DNA from: the human T2T-CHM13v2.0 reference genome, Homo sapiens
NCBI RefSeq assembly: GCF_009914755.1
Contig: NC_060938.1
Reading direction: 5' to 3' (one strand)
DNA: 64,000 nucleotides
Positions 25,903-40,034 of the stretch are shown here, piece by piece (positions within the stretch are counted from its first letter, which is position 1; each line of letters opens with the position of its first letter). The notes under the pieces are model-generated. The model was given only the letters and a program-made list of their open reading frames with translations, did no database searches and was not told the origin of the DNA. The translations under genes and the position numbers were made by a program.

Positions 25903-28387
25903 TAGATCTTAAATAGGATTTTGACTGATACAAAACTCAACTCTTTGTTAAAGTATCATCAGCTATATAATAGTAATGTCAGTTTTATTCCAACTTGAAC
26001 TATTAACGATTGAATAGCTCTGTATCAAATGATTCACTCCTTTGGGAAGTTCTCCATCCCTTCCCTCATACATGTGTAGCCTGTGAACATCATAAGACAA
26101 AATGGAAACTAGGTTCATTCCATTTGACAATGCTAGTAGGTTGGTAACAGAAGCCTATGAAGCCACATCAGCTTCATCAGGAAACATTTTCACAATTGAT
26201 GAATGATACATGCTTTGGGAACAGTGGGTCTTTTTCGCTTATCTATATTGCCTCATACTTCCAAAATGTTTTCTATATCTGTATGTTTTTTATTGTCAAA
26301 GCTCTAGTAAAAATACTAGAAATGTCAGAATCAAGATCCAGCTATGTTAATGAGCTCTGTATGAGTTTCACACTGAAGATCAGCTAATTGGCTGTCACTT
26401 TTAGATCACCTGGAAGATCCTAAACTTTAATGATGAGCATTTTCTGGCCCCTGACTGTGACTGACACGTGCTCCTTAAGCCCAAAATCTTCTCTAGCCTC
26501 TTTCCTTATTAGGGCTTTCATACCTACATCATTTAAGGCAAATAATTTCATGTAGGGTCATGGTCAATATGAGTGAGGATACATGGGGGAAAACTGCCTG
26601 ACTAGCAACCCAGGTCTTACCAATTCCTAAGTTTTTCCCATGTGTCTGTTGCTTAACACTTTACTTTCTATGTGAAAAAAAAAAAGCTATTTTACTTTCT
26701 ATGTGTTTTTATATAACTTGCCCCATCACTGCATTACTGTTCAATGTCCGTGCCTCTAATGCTGCATTGTCTCAGCCAATTTAGGGACCCCCACTGGGAA
26801 GACAGTCCAGCCAAATCTTTAAAGGTAATAACGTAAGAGAATCTAATACAATATAGCCCTGACTTGTTTGTTGTGATACATCATGTGTCATTTTTCAGAC
26901 TTCAAGTTTCACTGGGTCCTAACTAGAACAATTTTGAAAGGTTTCTGTTGTCAGAAGTTAAATTAGTTTGTTTGTTGTTTTTTAAGTAGATTAAATTGAC
27001 TACCACTTGACATTTTTTGGAAAAGAACTCAGAACTTTTCATCCACATTCAAGTCTGATATCTTCTACCCTCTCTTAGAAAATAGATTTAGTACCATCTG
27101 GTTTGTTGTAGCAAAATGTTGCAGCAGCATTTGACTCCAAGAAAATAGACTCAGAAATCAGAAATGTGAAAAATGCTTTCATAGTTTCTGTTTCCTTCAA
27201 TGTAATGAAATCCTAGTGCATACCTTTGTAAATTTAGGTCTAAGACATATGAGTCTATCAAAATGATATCAGGAAGGAAATGGTTTAGTATATTATTGAA
27301 GTATCCAAATATTGAGCATTCAGTAGGTATCAAAGAGGCTTTAAACAAAATAATTTACAAAGACAAGTCTTATATCACTTGAATTGCTGATGCCTGGATG
27401 GGATATATTTTTTATCTACCCTTAGTTCTCAGTTCTTCTAATCAGCCATAATAATTGAGCTTGATGTCATACATAAAAAAGTAAGAGTACTTTATGGCAT
27501 TCACAGAAAGGCCTAACCAAAAAAAAAAAGCGTGATACTTAATTCATTTTCTAATTTTCTAATTGATTCTTTATAGAGCCACTTATGGAGACTAATTCCT
27601 ATTACTTCGAGAGTTTAGGGAAAATGTTTCAATTTTAGTATTTTCTATGTTCTAACAATTTTGTTGGCATGACTAACAATCAACAAATTCAGTTACTGTA
27701 GGAAATTGTGGCTAGCACTTTTGACACCACTAATGCAATAAGTTAACAAACTATACATGGCGTGTATCTTTACTGCCTGATCACCAGCTATGACAGCTTT
27801 TTAGGTCATCCTTATTTATCCTGCCAGCACACTCATCTTCCAGTAGTTGCACATTACTTTATCCAGCACAGGTACAATGCACCTAGAAGAATTTTTTGAC
27901 AAAGAGTTTGAGGTCTTCTCAGATTGAATCATTCCCCTGAGAACCTTTTATACCTTCTAACTCTGGTGTCATGTTAATGATAACAGGTGGTGTTGGGCTT
28001 ATCACTTTTAGTATAAACATGCCTTTTAAGCCTAGCATCGTGCATACCATTTATCTAGAGATCTTCTAGCAACTTGACACTTTTAGCACACCTTTGAGCC
28101 AAAAACCCATAAATGCTGGAAAATATTCATCTATATGTATCATTCTTTCTCAAAGATGGCACTACTGGGAATGTCTTCAGTACAATTGAGGGAAAAAAGA
28201 TAAAGCAAAGTATCCTGTGCTGTGCTGTCTCTTCTTACTTGTAAATCTTCTAAGTGACAAATTTTGTGTTAAGAGTGTGATTCTCAAAGCTGTGAAATGA
28301 AGGGGCAGAATTACCTATGCAGAGTAGATGTTTAATAAAAGTTTGCTGGTTAAGTGATGTGATGATATAAGAAAGAGATAAATAAAT

Positions 28388-28843
28388 TGTATTAGTTTCC
28401 TAGGGATGCCCCTACTAAGTATCACAAACTGAATAGCTTAAAACACAAGAAATTTATTCTCTCATAGTTCTGGAGGCCAAAAATCCAAAATCAAGTTGTC
28501 ATCATGGCCATGGTTGCTCTGAGACTCTGGGTAGAATCTCTCCTTGCTTCTTCCCAGCCTCCAGTGATAAACATCAAATCTTGCTATGCCTTGGCTTGCA
28601 ACTGCATCATTCCAATCTCTTCCTCTGTCATCCTATGGTATATTTCCATCTTCACATGGCATTTTTCCTCTTCCTAGAAGGATATCAGTCATATTGGATT
28701 AGAGTCCACTTAATGACCTCTTCTTTACTTGATTACATCTGCAAAGACTCATTTCTAAATGAGGTCACATTCACAGGTACTGGATGTTAGGACTTCAATT
28801 TATTTTTTTTCTTGGAGAGGTAGACACAATTCAACCCCTAACA
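28388..28843 (-). mobile_element. MLT1 (C-like) solo LTR
   Basis: TGTATTAGTTTCCTAGGG...AAATTTATTCTCTCATAGTTCTGGAGGCC...ACACAATTCAACCCCTAACA. Confidence 0.88.
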
Positions 28844-29278
28844 CAAGGGCACAGGGATGCACATAGAATAGAAACATTCCTTAGAGCATTTCTGAAAATA
28901 ACTCTTAATACTGGTATTTTAAATGCTATAATACTTTCTAAGTCCAAACATTCGAGTTGGGTCTCTGAAGTGTTCCTTTTGTTATCCTTATTTCCTTAAT
29001 TTCTACTTTTTATTTCATTTTTCATACTTTCTTCTGATAATGTTTTCAAATCATCAATATCAATTTAGTTTCCAACTGCTCAAATTTCTGCAACTTATGG
29101 ATCTTCTGATGACCCATAAGCAACTACTTATTTTTGTGTTCTCTGTTGCAAAGGGGTATCAAGTTACTTAGGCACAAAATGAAAGACCATACCTGTATTC
29201 TTGCCTCCATTAAAAATCATCTTGGATATTATATGTAATAAATATTTTCTACTAATCCCAATCCTGATGCTAATGTTA

Positions 29279-29571
<293 letters not shown>

Positions 29572-29784
29572 GAAATTCTAGCATACCCAAAGTCAGAAAG
29601 TCAGATTTGCTATCTGTACTTCAAAATTCATTGCTCTTTTTCCCAGGTAGCCTAATTCCATTAGACATACTCATTTTTTTTTCTAAATAAATCAAACCAG
29701 AAGATTTAAAGCCATTGTGGGCTCTTTTGTCCTCAACATTCAATTAATCTCAAGCACACAATGCAGTACACCTCATACACACAC

Positions 29785-29923
29785 AAACACAAAATAGTAA
29801 CTATGGATGATGATAGATATGTTAAGTTTATTCTCGTAATCATTATGCAATGTATATGCATATCAAATCATCATGGTGTCCACCTTGGAGATATATAATT
29901 TTTATTTGTCAGTTGCACCTCAA
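29785..29923 (+). mobile_element. L1MA/MB extreme 3' fragment
   Basis: GTAACTATG...ATATCAAATCATCATG...TATAATTTTTATTTGTCA. Confidence 0.7.
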
Positions 29924-31002
29924 TTCTCCTACATTACCATAAGCTTTTTGGTAACAAAAATCATACTGTAATCACCATGGGTCATAGATCAGGGTCTTGC
30001 ACATAGATTATTAAATCAACTGAGGAGTACATCATGAAGGAAAAAAGAAACAAGATACTACAAACTATGTTACAATTTTTAATACCACAATATTATATAA
30101 TATTTAATACCACAATATTATAAGAATAATATCGTGCTACTTAGCTCCCTTCCTCCCTGACTACTATCCCTACAGTCTTTTGAATATAATAATTCTGCTC
30201 ACAAAGTCTTTCCTTTGCTTTCCTGAGGTACTTCATGATCACTGAAAAAGTGTCAGTTGGGAATTCTTGCAAGGTTGAACAGTCCTATGACTGTTACTCT
30301 GGCCATTAAGCAATGAAAGTGTCTGCTGAAATTCACTATTTGGCTAACCAACTATTGTTCTACTAACCAGAGCACTATTATCTTAAGGGTAGTTTAGTAC
30401 AGTAGCCTTGAGAAAACTCACAAATAGTATCAACAATGTCTGAGTCTTTGACAAACTTCGAAAATGACCCACTGCCAGGCTCAACCTTAATGTATCACAG
30501 AGGCAGCCAGAAATGGGTAATTTGCAGTAGAGGATTGTCCTATATTTTTAAAATTTATTTTACCTTGTGCCTGTATCTATTCAGTTGTTCTTGATTTGTG
30601 TTTCTGGATATCTGACCATATTCCACACTTTAAATATTAATTGGGAATGCCTGACAAGTGTTTCAGAGATTCTGTCTCTTAGATCTACTTTACAACCTCT
30701 TTCTTACCAAGCAATCCAGTTGAAAAGGAAACCCAGATGATGTATTTTGGCATCCATTTGCTAACAAACAAGTACCCTGTCAGACAAATAAAAGAATAAA
30801 ATATTTTCATGAAGCATGCTGCCAATAACAGCCTATGCTGGCTTGCTTTTCTTACCATTTTAAATGTCTCCTAATCTGTTCCACTATGTAAGAGGCACAG
30901 CAATGCATTACTTAGCCCAGTTCAATAATTACATTTGAATGGCAATTTAGAGCTATTAAAGAATTTTTGCATTTTTATTTTATTCCATTGTCAAAACTAT
31001 TC

Positions 31003-31625
31003 TATCACTCAGGATTAAATCGTGATATCAGAGCTACTACAAATATTACAGAAATAAGAGGGTTTGTATAGAAATTAACATTTAGAAAAATGTGGTAGGA
31101 ATGGGGCAAATGAAAATCTACAAGGGAGAAATAAGAGGATTTGAGAAAATAATCATTAGCCATGCCAGCCTGAAGTGCTAACTCAAGTAGACAGTAGGAA
31201 CTTCAGGGAAATTCAGCAACCATGCAGATTCTATGGACTGTCTACATCTTCTAGGAAGCTTCTACTCTGGAGAAGTTGCTGCCTCTGGAAATCATCACCT
31301 TTGTGGGCCTAGAACCAAGTGCCTGGGACCTAGGACCACAGTTGATCAGCTGGGCCAGCAGTCAGGAAAATGAGCTGAGTACAAGCAGCAAAAGAAGGAT
31401 GACATCCTGAGACCCACCAGACACCTCTGTCAGTCCACCACTGTGTTTGTTTCCCTCAAACTTCCAAGGTAGCTCTGCTTCACTTACACCTTCCAGATCT
31501 CATGTGAGTTCTTCTTTTGGCTCATAGTCACTTGGAACCATACAGGAAAAGTGATTCAAGTAAAGGTAGTTGCCAATCTTGGACAGAAGTAGCAATGCTA
31601 CGTAGACACTGCTGTGCTAAGAGGT
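31003..31625 (-). mobile_element. Old ERVL-class solo LTR (LTR52/LTR41-like; subfamily uncertain)
   Basis: CCTTCCAGATCTCATGTGAGTTCTTCTTTTGG...GGAACCATACAGGAAAAGTGATTC resembles ends of ancient ERVL LTRs. Confidence 0.5.
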
Positions 31626-31704
31626 CAAAGTGAGATGCTATTAAGCCCATTCTAAAAGTGAAGAAATTAAGATATGGCTTACTTAAAGTTACTTGGCTAA
31701 GAAG

Positions 31705-32584
31705 CAATAGATTCAAGCAAAAGATTTGAAAAACTAACTCATGAAAAGAAGAAATCCAAATGGCTAATACATACATTTTCTATCAATGAAATGTAAGAAT
31801 CAGATATCACTATATACCCAAGGTAGAAAAAGTTAAAAATTCTGACCATACCAAGTGTTGCTAAGGATGTGGAGAAAGGAAACTGTCAATCACTAATGTG
31901 AGGAATATAAATAGACACAACCACTTTGGGAAACAGTTTGGTATTATCTAGAAAAACCAAACATGGCCCGACACGATGGCTCATACCTGTAATCCCAGCA
32001 CTTTGGGAGGAAGAGGCAGGCAGATCACTTGAGCTCAGGAGTTCAAGACCAGCCTGGGCAACATGGCAAAATTTCATCTCTACCAAAAAAAAGAAAAAAT
32101 ACAAAAATTAGCCAGGTGTTGGTGCCTCGTGCCTGTATCCTGTAGTCCCAGCTACACAGGAGGCTGAAGCTGAAAAATTGCTTGAGCCCAGGAAGTGGAG
32201 GTTGCATTGAGCCAAGATCATGTCACTGCATTCTAACCTGGATGACAGAGTGAGATCCTGTCTAAAAAAAGAAGAAAAGAAAAACCAAACATACCCTATC
32301 GTATGACTCAACAATCTCTGTCCTGAGTAATATACCTAGAAAAATGTGCATGCCATATATATGTGTGTGCATAAAATGATGTGACATATGTGTCATATGT
32401 ATGGTATATGCATAAGAGAATGTTCACAATGGTATTATTTGTATTATTTTAAAACTGAAAACTACCCAAATGTCCTTGTACAAAAGAATAAATTCTGACA
32501 TATTCATTCAATAGAATACTGCACAGCAAGGAAAATGAGTGAACTAGAACTACATACAAAGAACATAGATTAATGTTATAAATG
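31705..32584 (+). mobile_element. Old L1M(E) 3' region hosting an AluJ
   Basis: GAAGAAATCCAAATGGCTAATA, CCAAGTGTTGCTAAGGATGTGGAGAAA, AACTACCCAAATGTCC. Confidence 0.8.
31965..32277 (+). mobile_element. AluJ
   Basis: Full dimer; perfect 15-bp TSD AGAAAAACCAAACAT (31950-31964, 32278-32292). Confidence 0.93.
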
Positions 32585-32594
32585 TAATAAAACA

Positions 32595-33956
32595 ACATAT
32601 GCAAATCAATAAGTATGATTCATCACATAAACAGAACTAAAGATGAAGACCACATGATTGTATCAACAGATGCAAAAAGTTTTTTGATAAAATTCAATAT
32701 GCTAAAAACTCTCAATAAACCAGGTATTAAAGGAATATATCTCAAAATAATAAGAGCCATTTATGACAAACCCACAGCCAATATCATACTGAACGGGCAA
32801 AAGCTGGAAGCATTCTCTTTGAAAACCGGAACAAGACAACGATGCCCTCTCTCATCAGTCCTATTCAACATAGTATTGGAAGTTCTGGCCAGGGCAATCA
32901 GGCAAGACAAAGAAATAGACTAAGAAGCTTCTGCACAGCAAAAGAAACTATCAACAGAGTAAACAGATAACGTACAGAATGGGAGAAAACTTTTACTGTG
33001 AATTGGACAAAGGTCTAATATCCAGCATCTGTAAGGAACTTAAACAAATTTATGAGGAAAAATAACAAACAACCCCATTAAAAAGTGAGCAAAGAACATG
33101 AACAGACACTTCTCAAAAGGAGACATACATGCGGCCGACAATCATATGAAAAAAAGTTCAACATCACTGATCATTAGAGAAATGCAAATCAAAACCACAA
33201 TGAGACACCATCTCACACCAGTCAGAATGGCTATTATTAATAAGTCAAAAAATAACAGATGCTGGTGAGGTTGTGGAGAAAAAGAAATGCTTATACACTG
33301 TTGGTGGGAGAGTAAATTAATTCGACCATTGTGGAAGACAGTGTGGTGATTCCTCAAAGACCTAATACAGAAATACTATTCAACCCAGCAATCTCATTAC
33401 TGGGTATATACCCAAAGGAATATGAATTGTTCTATTATAAAGACACATGCACATGTATGTTCATTGCAGCACTATTCACAATAGCAAAGACATGGAATCA
33501 ACCTAAATGCCCATCAATAATGGACTGGATAAAGAAAATGTGGTATATATACACTGTGAAATACTATTAAGCCATAAAAAATAATAAGATATTGTGTCCT
33601 TTGCAGGGACATGGATGGAACTGGAAGCCACTACTCTTAGCAAACTAACTCAGGAACAAGAAAAAAATATATAGCATGTTCTTACTTATAAGTGGGACCT
33701 AAATTATGAGAACATATTGACACACAGAGGGGAACAAAACACACTGAGGCCTATTGGAAGTTGGAAGTTGGGAGGAAGGAGACGATCAGAAAAAATAACT
33801 AATGGGTACTGGGCTTAATATCTGAGTAATGAAATATTCTGTACCACAAGCCCCCATGACACATGTTTACTTATGTAACAAACCTGCACATCCTGCACAT
33901 GTATCCCTAAATTTAAAAGTTAAATATATATTTAACTTTATATTATATATTATATA
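32595..33956 (+). mobile_element. L1PA (older), 5'-truncated, with an internal ORF2 deletion at about 32918
   Basis: ORF 32615-32923 is RT region ([29 protein letters not shown]); jumps to the C-terminus and 3' UTR; probable TSD TAATAAAACA (32585-32594, 33957-33966). Confidence 0.93.
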
Positions 33957-33966
33957 TAATAAAACA

Positions 33967-34410
33967 GTAATTATACATGTAATGGATTAGATTCTCTAAT
34001 TAAAAGACGGAGATCCTTCCCACATTAGTCTTTAAAAAGTACTAGGAATATAACATCTGTAAAAGACACACCCCAAAATGAGAAAGTATGAAAATGATAC
34101 CCTAGGCAAAAAACGAAATTTTTAAAAACAGTAGGAAACATGAAACATGACAAAATTCAAGGCAAAGATCTTAAAGGAGTAAGAGACAAAGTAAATACTT
34201 GTAAAAGGAGCAAGAGCTGATATATCATTAACATATATTTACTTAAAAATGTAGCCCTAGAATATGTAAAACAAAACTGACAAACCCTCAGAGAGAAAAT
34301 AGATTGATCGACGGCTTTAGGTGGAGATATTCACACTTTCTTTAAAAAATAAACAAGCCAAACAAATTAGACAAAGACATAGAAAGTCTAAATAATATTA
34401 ACTGCTCTAA
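33967..34410 (+). mobile_element. Very old L1 ORF2 endonuclease-region fragment
   Basis: ATGTAATGGATTAGATTCTCTAATTAAAAGAC resembles the NVNGLNSPIKR start of ORF2. Confidence 0.65.
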
Positions 34411-35099
34411 ATGTCATATTATCTTCCTCCATCTAATTGAAGATAATTCTCTTCCCAATTTTTTAAAGTCAAAAGTGCAATTACCATTAATTTCAATGAG
34501 AAAAAAATACATTTCTTCTTGGACACCCAATTTGACATCCATTTTTGTTAAAAACAACATCAAGTCACATTAAAATGGGCATAATGACTTTAATAGTTAA
34601 CATCATTTACAGTAACCAAAGTAACAAGTCATTTTCCCTACAATAGTTATTCTCAAATATGTATTAGTCTCATTGGTCTACTTTCTTTGTTTCTTTTTTT
34701 TTTTTTAGAGCTTATGTGTTTTCCTCTCAGACTATGTTCAGTAATAAAATACACATAATATTCAATGTTTGTGCAATTCAAATCTCATGCGAAAAACCTA
34801 GGACAAAAGACATCCTTGAATCCTTGAATCAATACATTTTTATAATGGACAAAATTATCACTAACCTCACAGACCTGCACAATGTTTCAAACCTCACACA
34901 GCTCAGCTATATACAAAGCAGGTAAAGTCCCTTTTGGTCCTTATACATCCAATAAAATGCCTAGTAAACCAAAGTAGAAAATATTAAAAGAAATTCTTTG
35001 TAAAACTGATATTCTCAGATCCCAAATGACTGTATTGTGTCACTATAAGTCACTGTAACAGAGTGTACAAATTCTTTTCAGACATATAGGAAACATCCA

Positions 35100-37380
35100 C
35101 AAGAACCGACTCTGCCTTGGTATACCACCTAGATCTCCTTTACTATGTTAGTATACCCATACCCACCTGCTGTAGGTTTGGGCTGCTTATGGCTCGTATC
35201 TGTGCCCTTGTTAGCAGGATTGTTCTTAGCCGGCAAGAGTCACCTTGCCTAAATATGCCTGGGAGGTCATACTCTCCCCCCTCACCCAAAGGGTCAGGAT
35301 AGCTGTCTGATGTAAGGATGTAACACCCGCCACCTTGCTTTTGGGAAGGACAATTTCTAGGACAAAACTAACATTCCAAAGGTCCCTGTGAGATCAGACT
35401 AAGGCTAAACTTCTCCTAAAACACATCTGTGCTTGTCTGCTTCTTCTGATCTATTCTGCTTCTGTCACTCCCTTACAGCCTTCTCTGGAGAACATTCCCT
35501 TTTAAATAACTTGCACAAGAATCTCATGCATCTAGGAACCTTACCTAAGACAGGCGATACCAGGAGTAGACCTACTGCTGATGCAGAACATAAAGCTGGA
35601 TATGGGAGAATTTTTCAATAGTAAGACAGTCTCCTTGATTCAAGATTTAATACCATGGGAAGGAACTCTGGAGTTGGTTTGAATACACTGAGATGGCTCT
35701 TAGATGCTTGAAAAACTGATGATCCACATTAAATGTATGCCAGAACTGCTGTGATAGATCGTGGAGGAAGAAATCAACAGATTCAAGGAAGTGGGTGTGC
35801 TAATAGAATTGATCTATCATATAAAATATAAAATCCAAGGTAATAAGGAATACTCTGGTTAGGGGTCACTAGCATCATCAAGAAACTCAGAAATTGCCAT
35901 TCTCTGGAGACCAGTACTGATAGAAACACCATTGGAGAACTTGGGTCCCCAAGTTAGCTAATAAGGAACTTGCTAACTTCCTTATTAGCAATAAGGAAGA
36001 TAGGAGTCCAAAATAGGAAAAGCCATAAGGCAGCACATAACCATCATAGACAAAAAGGACAAAATTATTAAAATGGACAAGTTAAAATGGCAGCCAAGAG
36101 TGCCTGACTCACAGGGGTCTATGGATATGACGCTTGGACATTTGCTATGTATTTCTAGAGGCAAGATAGTAGGATAGACAACATGATATTGCATAATATA
36201 ATCAAAAAAGATCCAAAAGGATGAATAAAAGGCTGAGGTCACCCTTGCATGAAAAGTCACAATTCCTTGTCTTATTTCCAGATATCAGCCATTTCTCTGA
36301 CCCAGAACCCATCTACTGAAAGAGAGCCTATTCCCCTTGACCTTGAGGAAAGGCCAGAAATACCACAGCAAATCTACAAAGTAGTGATTCCTCCGGTCTT
36401 TCCACCAAAAGGAACTATGGCCATTTACTTGGTTGACCATACACTGGAGAAAGGGAACATTCAGCTCTTTCACATTATCTGTTTAACCCCATATCAATTC
36501 ATTGTGAAACCCTATCATTAATCAGTAACTTCACCGGTGAATTCTACCAGACATTTAAAGAATAATGTCGATTCTACACAATTTTTTCAGAAAATTTAAA
36601 AAGAATACTTCCCAAGTCATTTTACAGATCGACGAAATTATCTGCCAGATATCAAGGACAGAATTATCCTAAAATCAAAAATACACACTAATATCTGGGG
36701 GTTCAAAGCTCCATTATGCCCCACCCCCTTAGAGTACTCTATATAGAGAGTAGGAGTGTATAGAAGTTGGGTAATAAATATGGCCTAAGGCCGTCATACG
36801 ATAGGTCCACTGACACACCTGGTGGTATTTTCTCAGTTTCCAAATGTGCAATCAAATTGGATGTACTTAGACATTTGCACTACCCTAATAAAGATTACTT
36901 TGTCTGTTAATAAAACTACTATACTAGTGAATGTGAAGCAGAAGCCCCTGAAATTGCTTCTCCCCACTCTCAACCAAGATAGTAAACCACGCGTATATTA
37001 TATCCTAGGTAGAATTGCAAACATTAGCCTACCCTCGAAAATGTAAACAATGCAGGGATGATGATTCTCATCAGTCCCATTTAATCCACCAGTCTGTTCC
37101 CTGAAAACACCAGTCAGGATAACAGCAGAAGACAGTTAACTACTGCCATTTTAACTAAATAGGAGCCTCAATTGCAGTTGATGTCCCAGACATGATATCA
37201 TTACTAAAATAGATTTTTAATGTAGCTTCTGTTATGTCCCAGTTGAGTTGGCAGATATGTTCATTTCCATACCCATCATGTAGGAAAATCAAAAACAGTT
37301 CTTACTCTCATGGGAAAAACAACACTGTGCATTAGTTCTAGGGCTCTGTTTGCTCTCCTGCTTTTGGTCACATTCTCTTC
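35100..37380 (+). mobile_element. LTR16-type LTR (to about 35552) plus HERV16/ERV3-16A3-like ERVL internal sequence with decayed gag-pol
   Basis: LTR ends ACCTAAGACA then GGCGATACCAGGAGT; 37075-37215 reads as a degraded ERVL RT (SPFNPPV...TVNY...PDMISLL). Confidence 0.75.
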
Positions 37381-37819
37381 CCTAACATGAACACATAAGG
37401 ACTAAAAAGAAAAATAACTAGGATTGTATCTTTCTCTTTCCTTGGGTGACATTATTTTCCGGGTAATTTGTTGGCTAATACAAGAAAGTAACATGAGTAA
37501 GACAGGATACACTAGGATTCCTCGGTCATTTCTGTACCTTAGAAAACTTTTGCTTTCTTTTTACATTCAAAGCAGGTTCTTATACAAACAGAAAGCAAGG
37601 CCACTTGAAGCTGTCAGCACCCCCACTTATTCAGCTGTAGGTGTGTCATGCTTGCCCTGTGCTTGTTTTGAGTCTCACTGAACTCCCACACATCATGGAT
37701 TCACCAGAACTCTGTGCTAATGGAAAATCAAAACATTTTATGCAAATGAACTATCAAAAATAGTGGACCCACGTATTTCATTCTTCTTCTCTGGTCTCAC
37801 ACACATCCATTGCCCCATC

Positions 37820-37968
37820 AAACATCACTTACACAACTTAAGTTCAATGGTAAAATTTTTAAGAATTCTGAGATGGCAATGGCAGAACATGAAACCAAGC
37901 ACAAGTTTCTTCTGAGTGTGAAACCTTACGCAACTGCTCAAGTCACACACCCATGAAAGCCAGGACTG
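37820..37968. mobile_element. hAT-Tip100 MITE (MER91-like)
   Basis: GATGGCAATGGCAGAACATGAAACCAAGC...GCAACTGCTCAAGTCACACACCCATGAAAGCCAGGACTG. Confidence 0.55.
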
Positions 37969-40034
37969 CCAACATGATATTCTGTGGACACTTTCAATAA
38001 ATGAATGCATTTCATGAAGGAAAATAAGAAATGCATATTAGTATAGCAGTGAGATATTTTCATGTATCAAGCTCTCAAACTCATTTTTTTCAATGATAAT
38101 TCCTGTCGTTGGAGTTATTAGACCTCCGTGGTAGATTGTTTCTACATTTCTGATATAAAAATTCTTAGTGAGGTTAATCTTCTTTAACACAGCAATTGTA
38201 CTTATGAAAATCCAATGTAAGAAAATATAAGTTGCAAGCACAGATTCATAATGGAACATGTTCACTGCAGCATCATTTTTAAAAAGGAAAAATTAAAAAC
38301 AACTTTAATGCCTAAGAGTGGGGCACTAACCAGAAAAAGTTTCATATTTTTATATGATCAAATATTAGGCCATCATACAAAAGCATTTGTATGAAATATA
38401 TTTGGTGTCATGAAAAATGCCTCACATTATTTAATAAAATAGTAGAAAATTATATACACATTAGGGTCGTGTGTGTATGTATGTACACATATACGACTAG
38501 AAGGAATTCATCAAAACATCATTAGTACTGATATTGGCAGAGGAATTATAGGTGATTTAGCTTCTTTATGTTTCCCACTTTTTTCTTCTGCCGCCCTTAA
38601 TTTCTTTTGAAAATTAAAAATGTGTATGTATGAAATACCAATCAGAGGAAAGTCTTCAAATTAATTCTAAGCATTTTTAGGACTTTATTAATATTGTAGA
38701 ATGCATTCATCTGTTTCTGGTACATTTTGCATAATTTGTGTTTCTGTTCATCCCTTCAATTACTTTGTGAAATCAATTGCTTTTAGTTCATGCTATTGAG
38801 CCCACGAGACAAATACAGAACAGTGTGAAGGTAATGATGGTTATATTGATGACAAAAAAGAGCCAAACACTCAAATGGCTTGTATCTTTGTGGTTTTTTA
38901 TTTAGGTACAAAATTAAAATTTCAATTGATGCTTGAGGCTTTAGCCCAACACTTCTTATCCTGTCTCTCAGTAAGATGAGATCTGGCACAACTGATTCAA
39001 TTAGGTACTTGAAATGCTGCAGAAATGGCCTTAAGGATGCTATTGCTGCTATTGTACACAATTATTTCCTCAGTAATTATCATTATATTTTCATAGAATT
39101 TTAAGTAGTAGTTATTCTTGCATATTTTGTAGTTTTGCTTATATTACAAGTTTAACAGGAGAAATACACTATCACAGATTGATCAATACTTGAATATTCA
39201 TGACAAAAACACATACATTCCTATTAAGAAAAGTCTAAATAGTCCTTTCTAACTCTGTAATTAAAAAAGAGAAAAGCAATGAATCAATTATTTTCATTTA
39301 TTTGAACCAACATGGGCAACTGCCTACAGAAAAACCATTTATAAATTATTTTGTAAAGTGCTTTAGCATGTATTTGAACTTTCTAAGAAAGAAAGAATGC
39401 ATCATTGCCTCTTCCCTAAATAAGTAATTATTTCAAGGGAAGAGATTCACACTGAAAATATTTAGGTCAAAATGACCTGTCCTTTCCTAGTCTGATTCAA
39501 CTAGCACAGAGTCTATATCCTTACCCCACAGCATCTGCCTGCATTGCCACTCTGAGCATCGAGCATCAGGAGTTAACATCAACCTAAGATTTTCAAGGTT
39601 GGAGGTAGCCTTGCAAAGACATTGAGTCCATTGGTTCTCAAATGAGTCTGTTTACATAATCATTTTAAGGGTTTTCTGTGAAATAAATAAAATAGAGACA
39701 AAATAATATATTTCATAAAGTTAATTGTATTCAGTTTGAAGTCATGTGCTTTAATCTTAGAAAATATCCTTTTAACTTTTTTGGTATTAAAAATATCCTC
39801 TGTTATTGAAAGGTAATAAAAAATTAGGTGCCTTTTTTCTTGTTAATGTTCTTACTGAAAAAATTGATGACTCAGCATTGATTTTCTTGGAAAACTGACT
39901 GCTTCTGAATATCTAAAGTCTAAGACCAAGTAAACAAAGAGAGCTTGTTTTTTGCATAAGCTTGGAGCAGCTGGTGAGAAAGAAGTACTTGTGGGGTATG
40001 GTAGCCTGTGAGCAGCTTTGAAGCAAATGGATAG

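Noticed and set aside
26430-26464. C-box-like ATGATGA followed by CTGA
   Set aside because: Too short for a C/D snoRNA, with no terminal stem or recognisable guide
30078-30122. Tandem copy of TTTAATACCACAATATTATA (period 25)
   Set aside because: Ordinary slippage duplication with only two units; not an array
38787-38830. 44-nt exon-like block (TTTTAG| ... AAG|GTAATG)
   Set aside because: Weak polypyrimidine tract and no partner exon or coding signal
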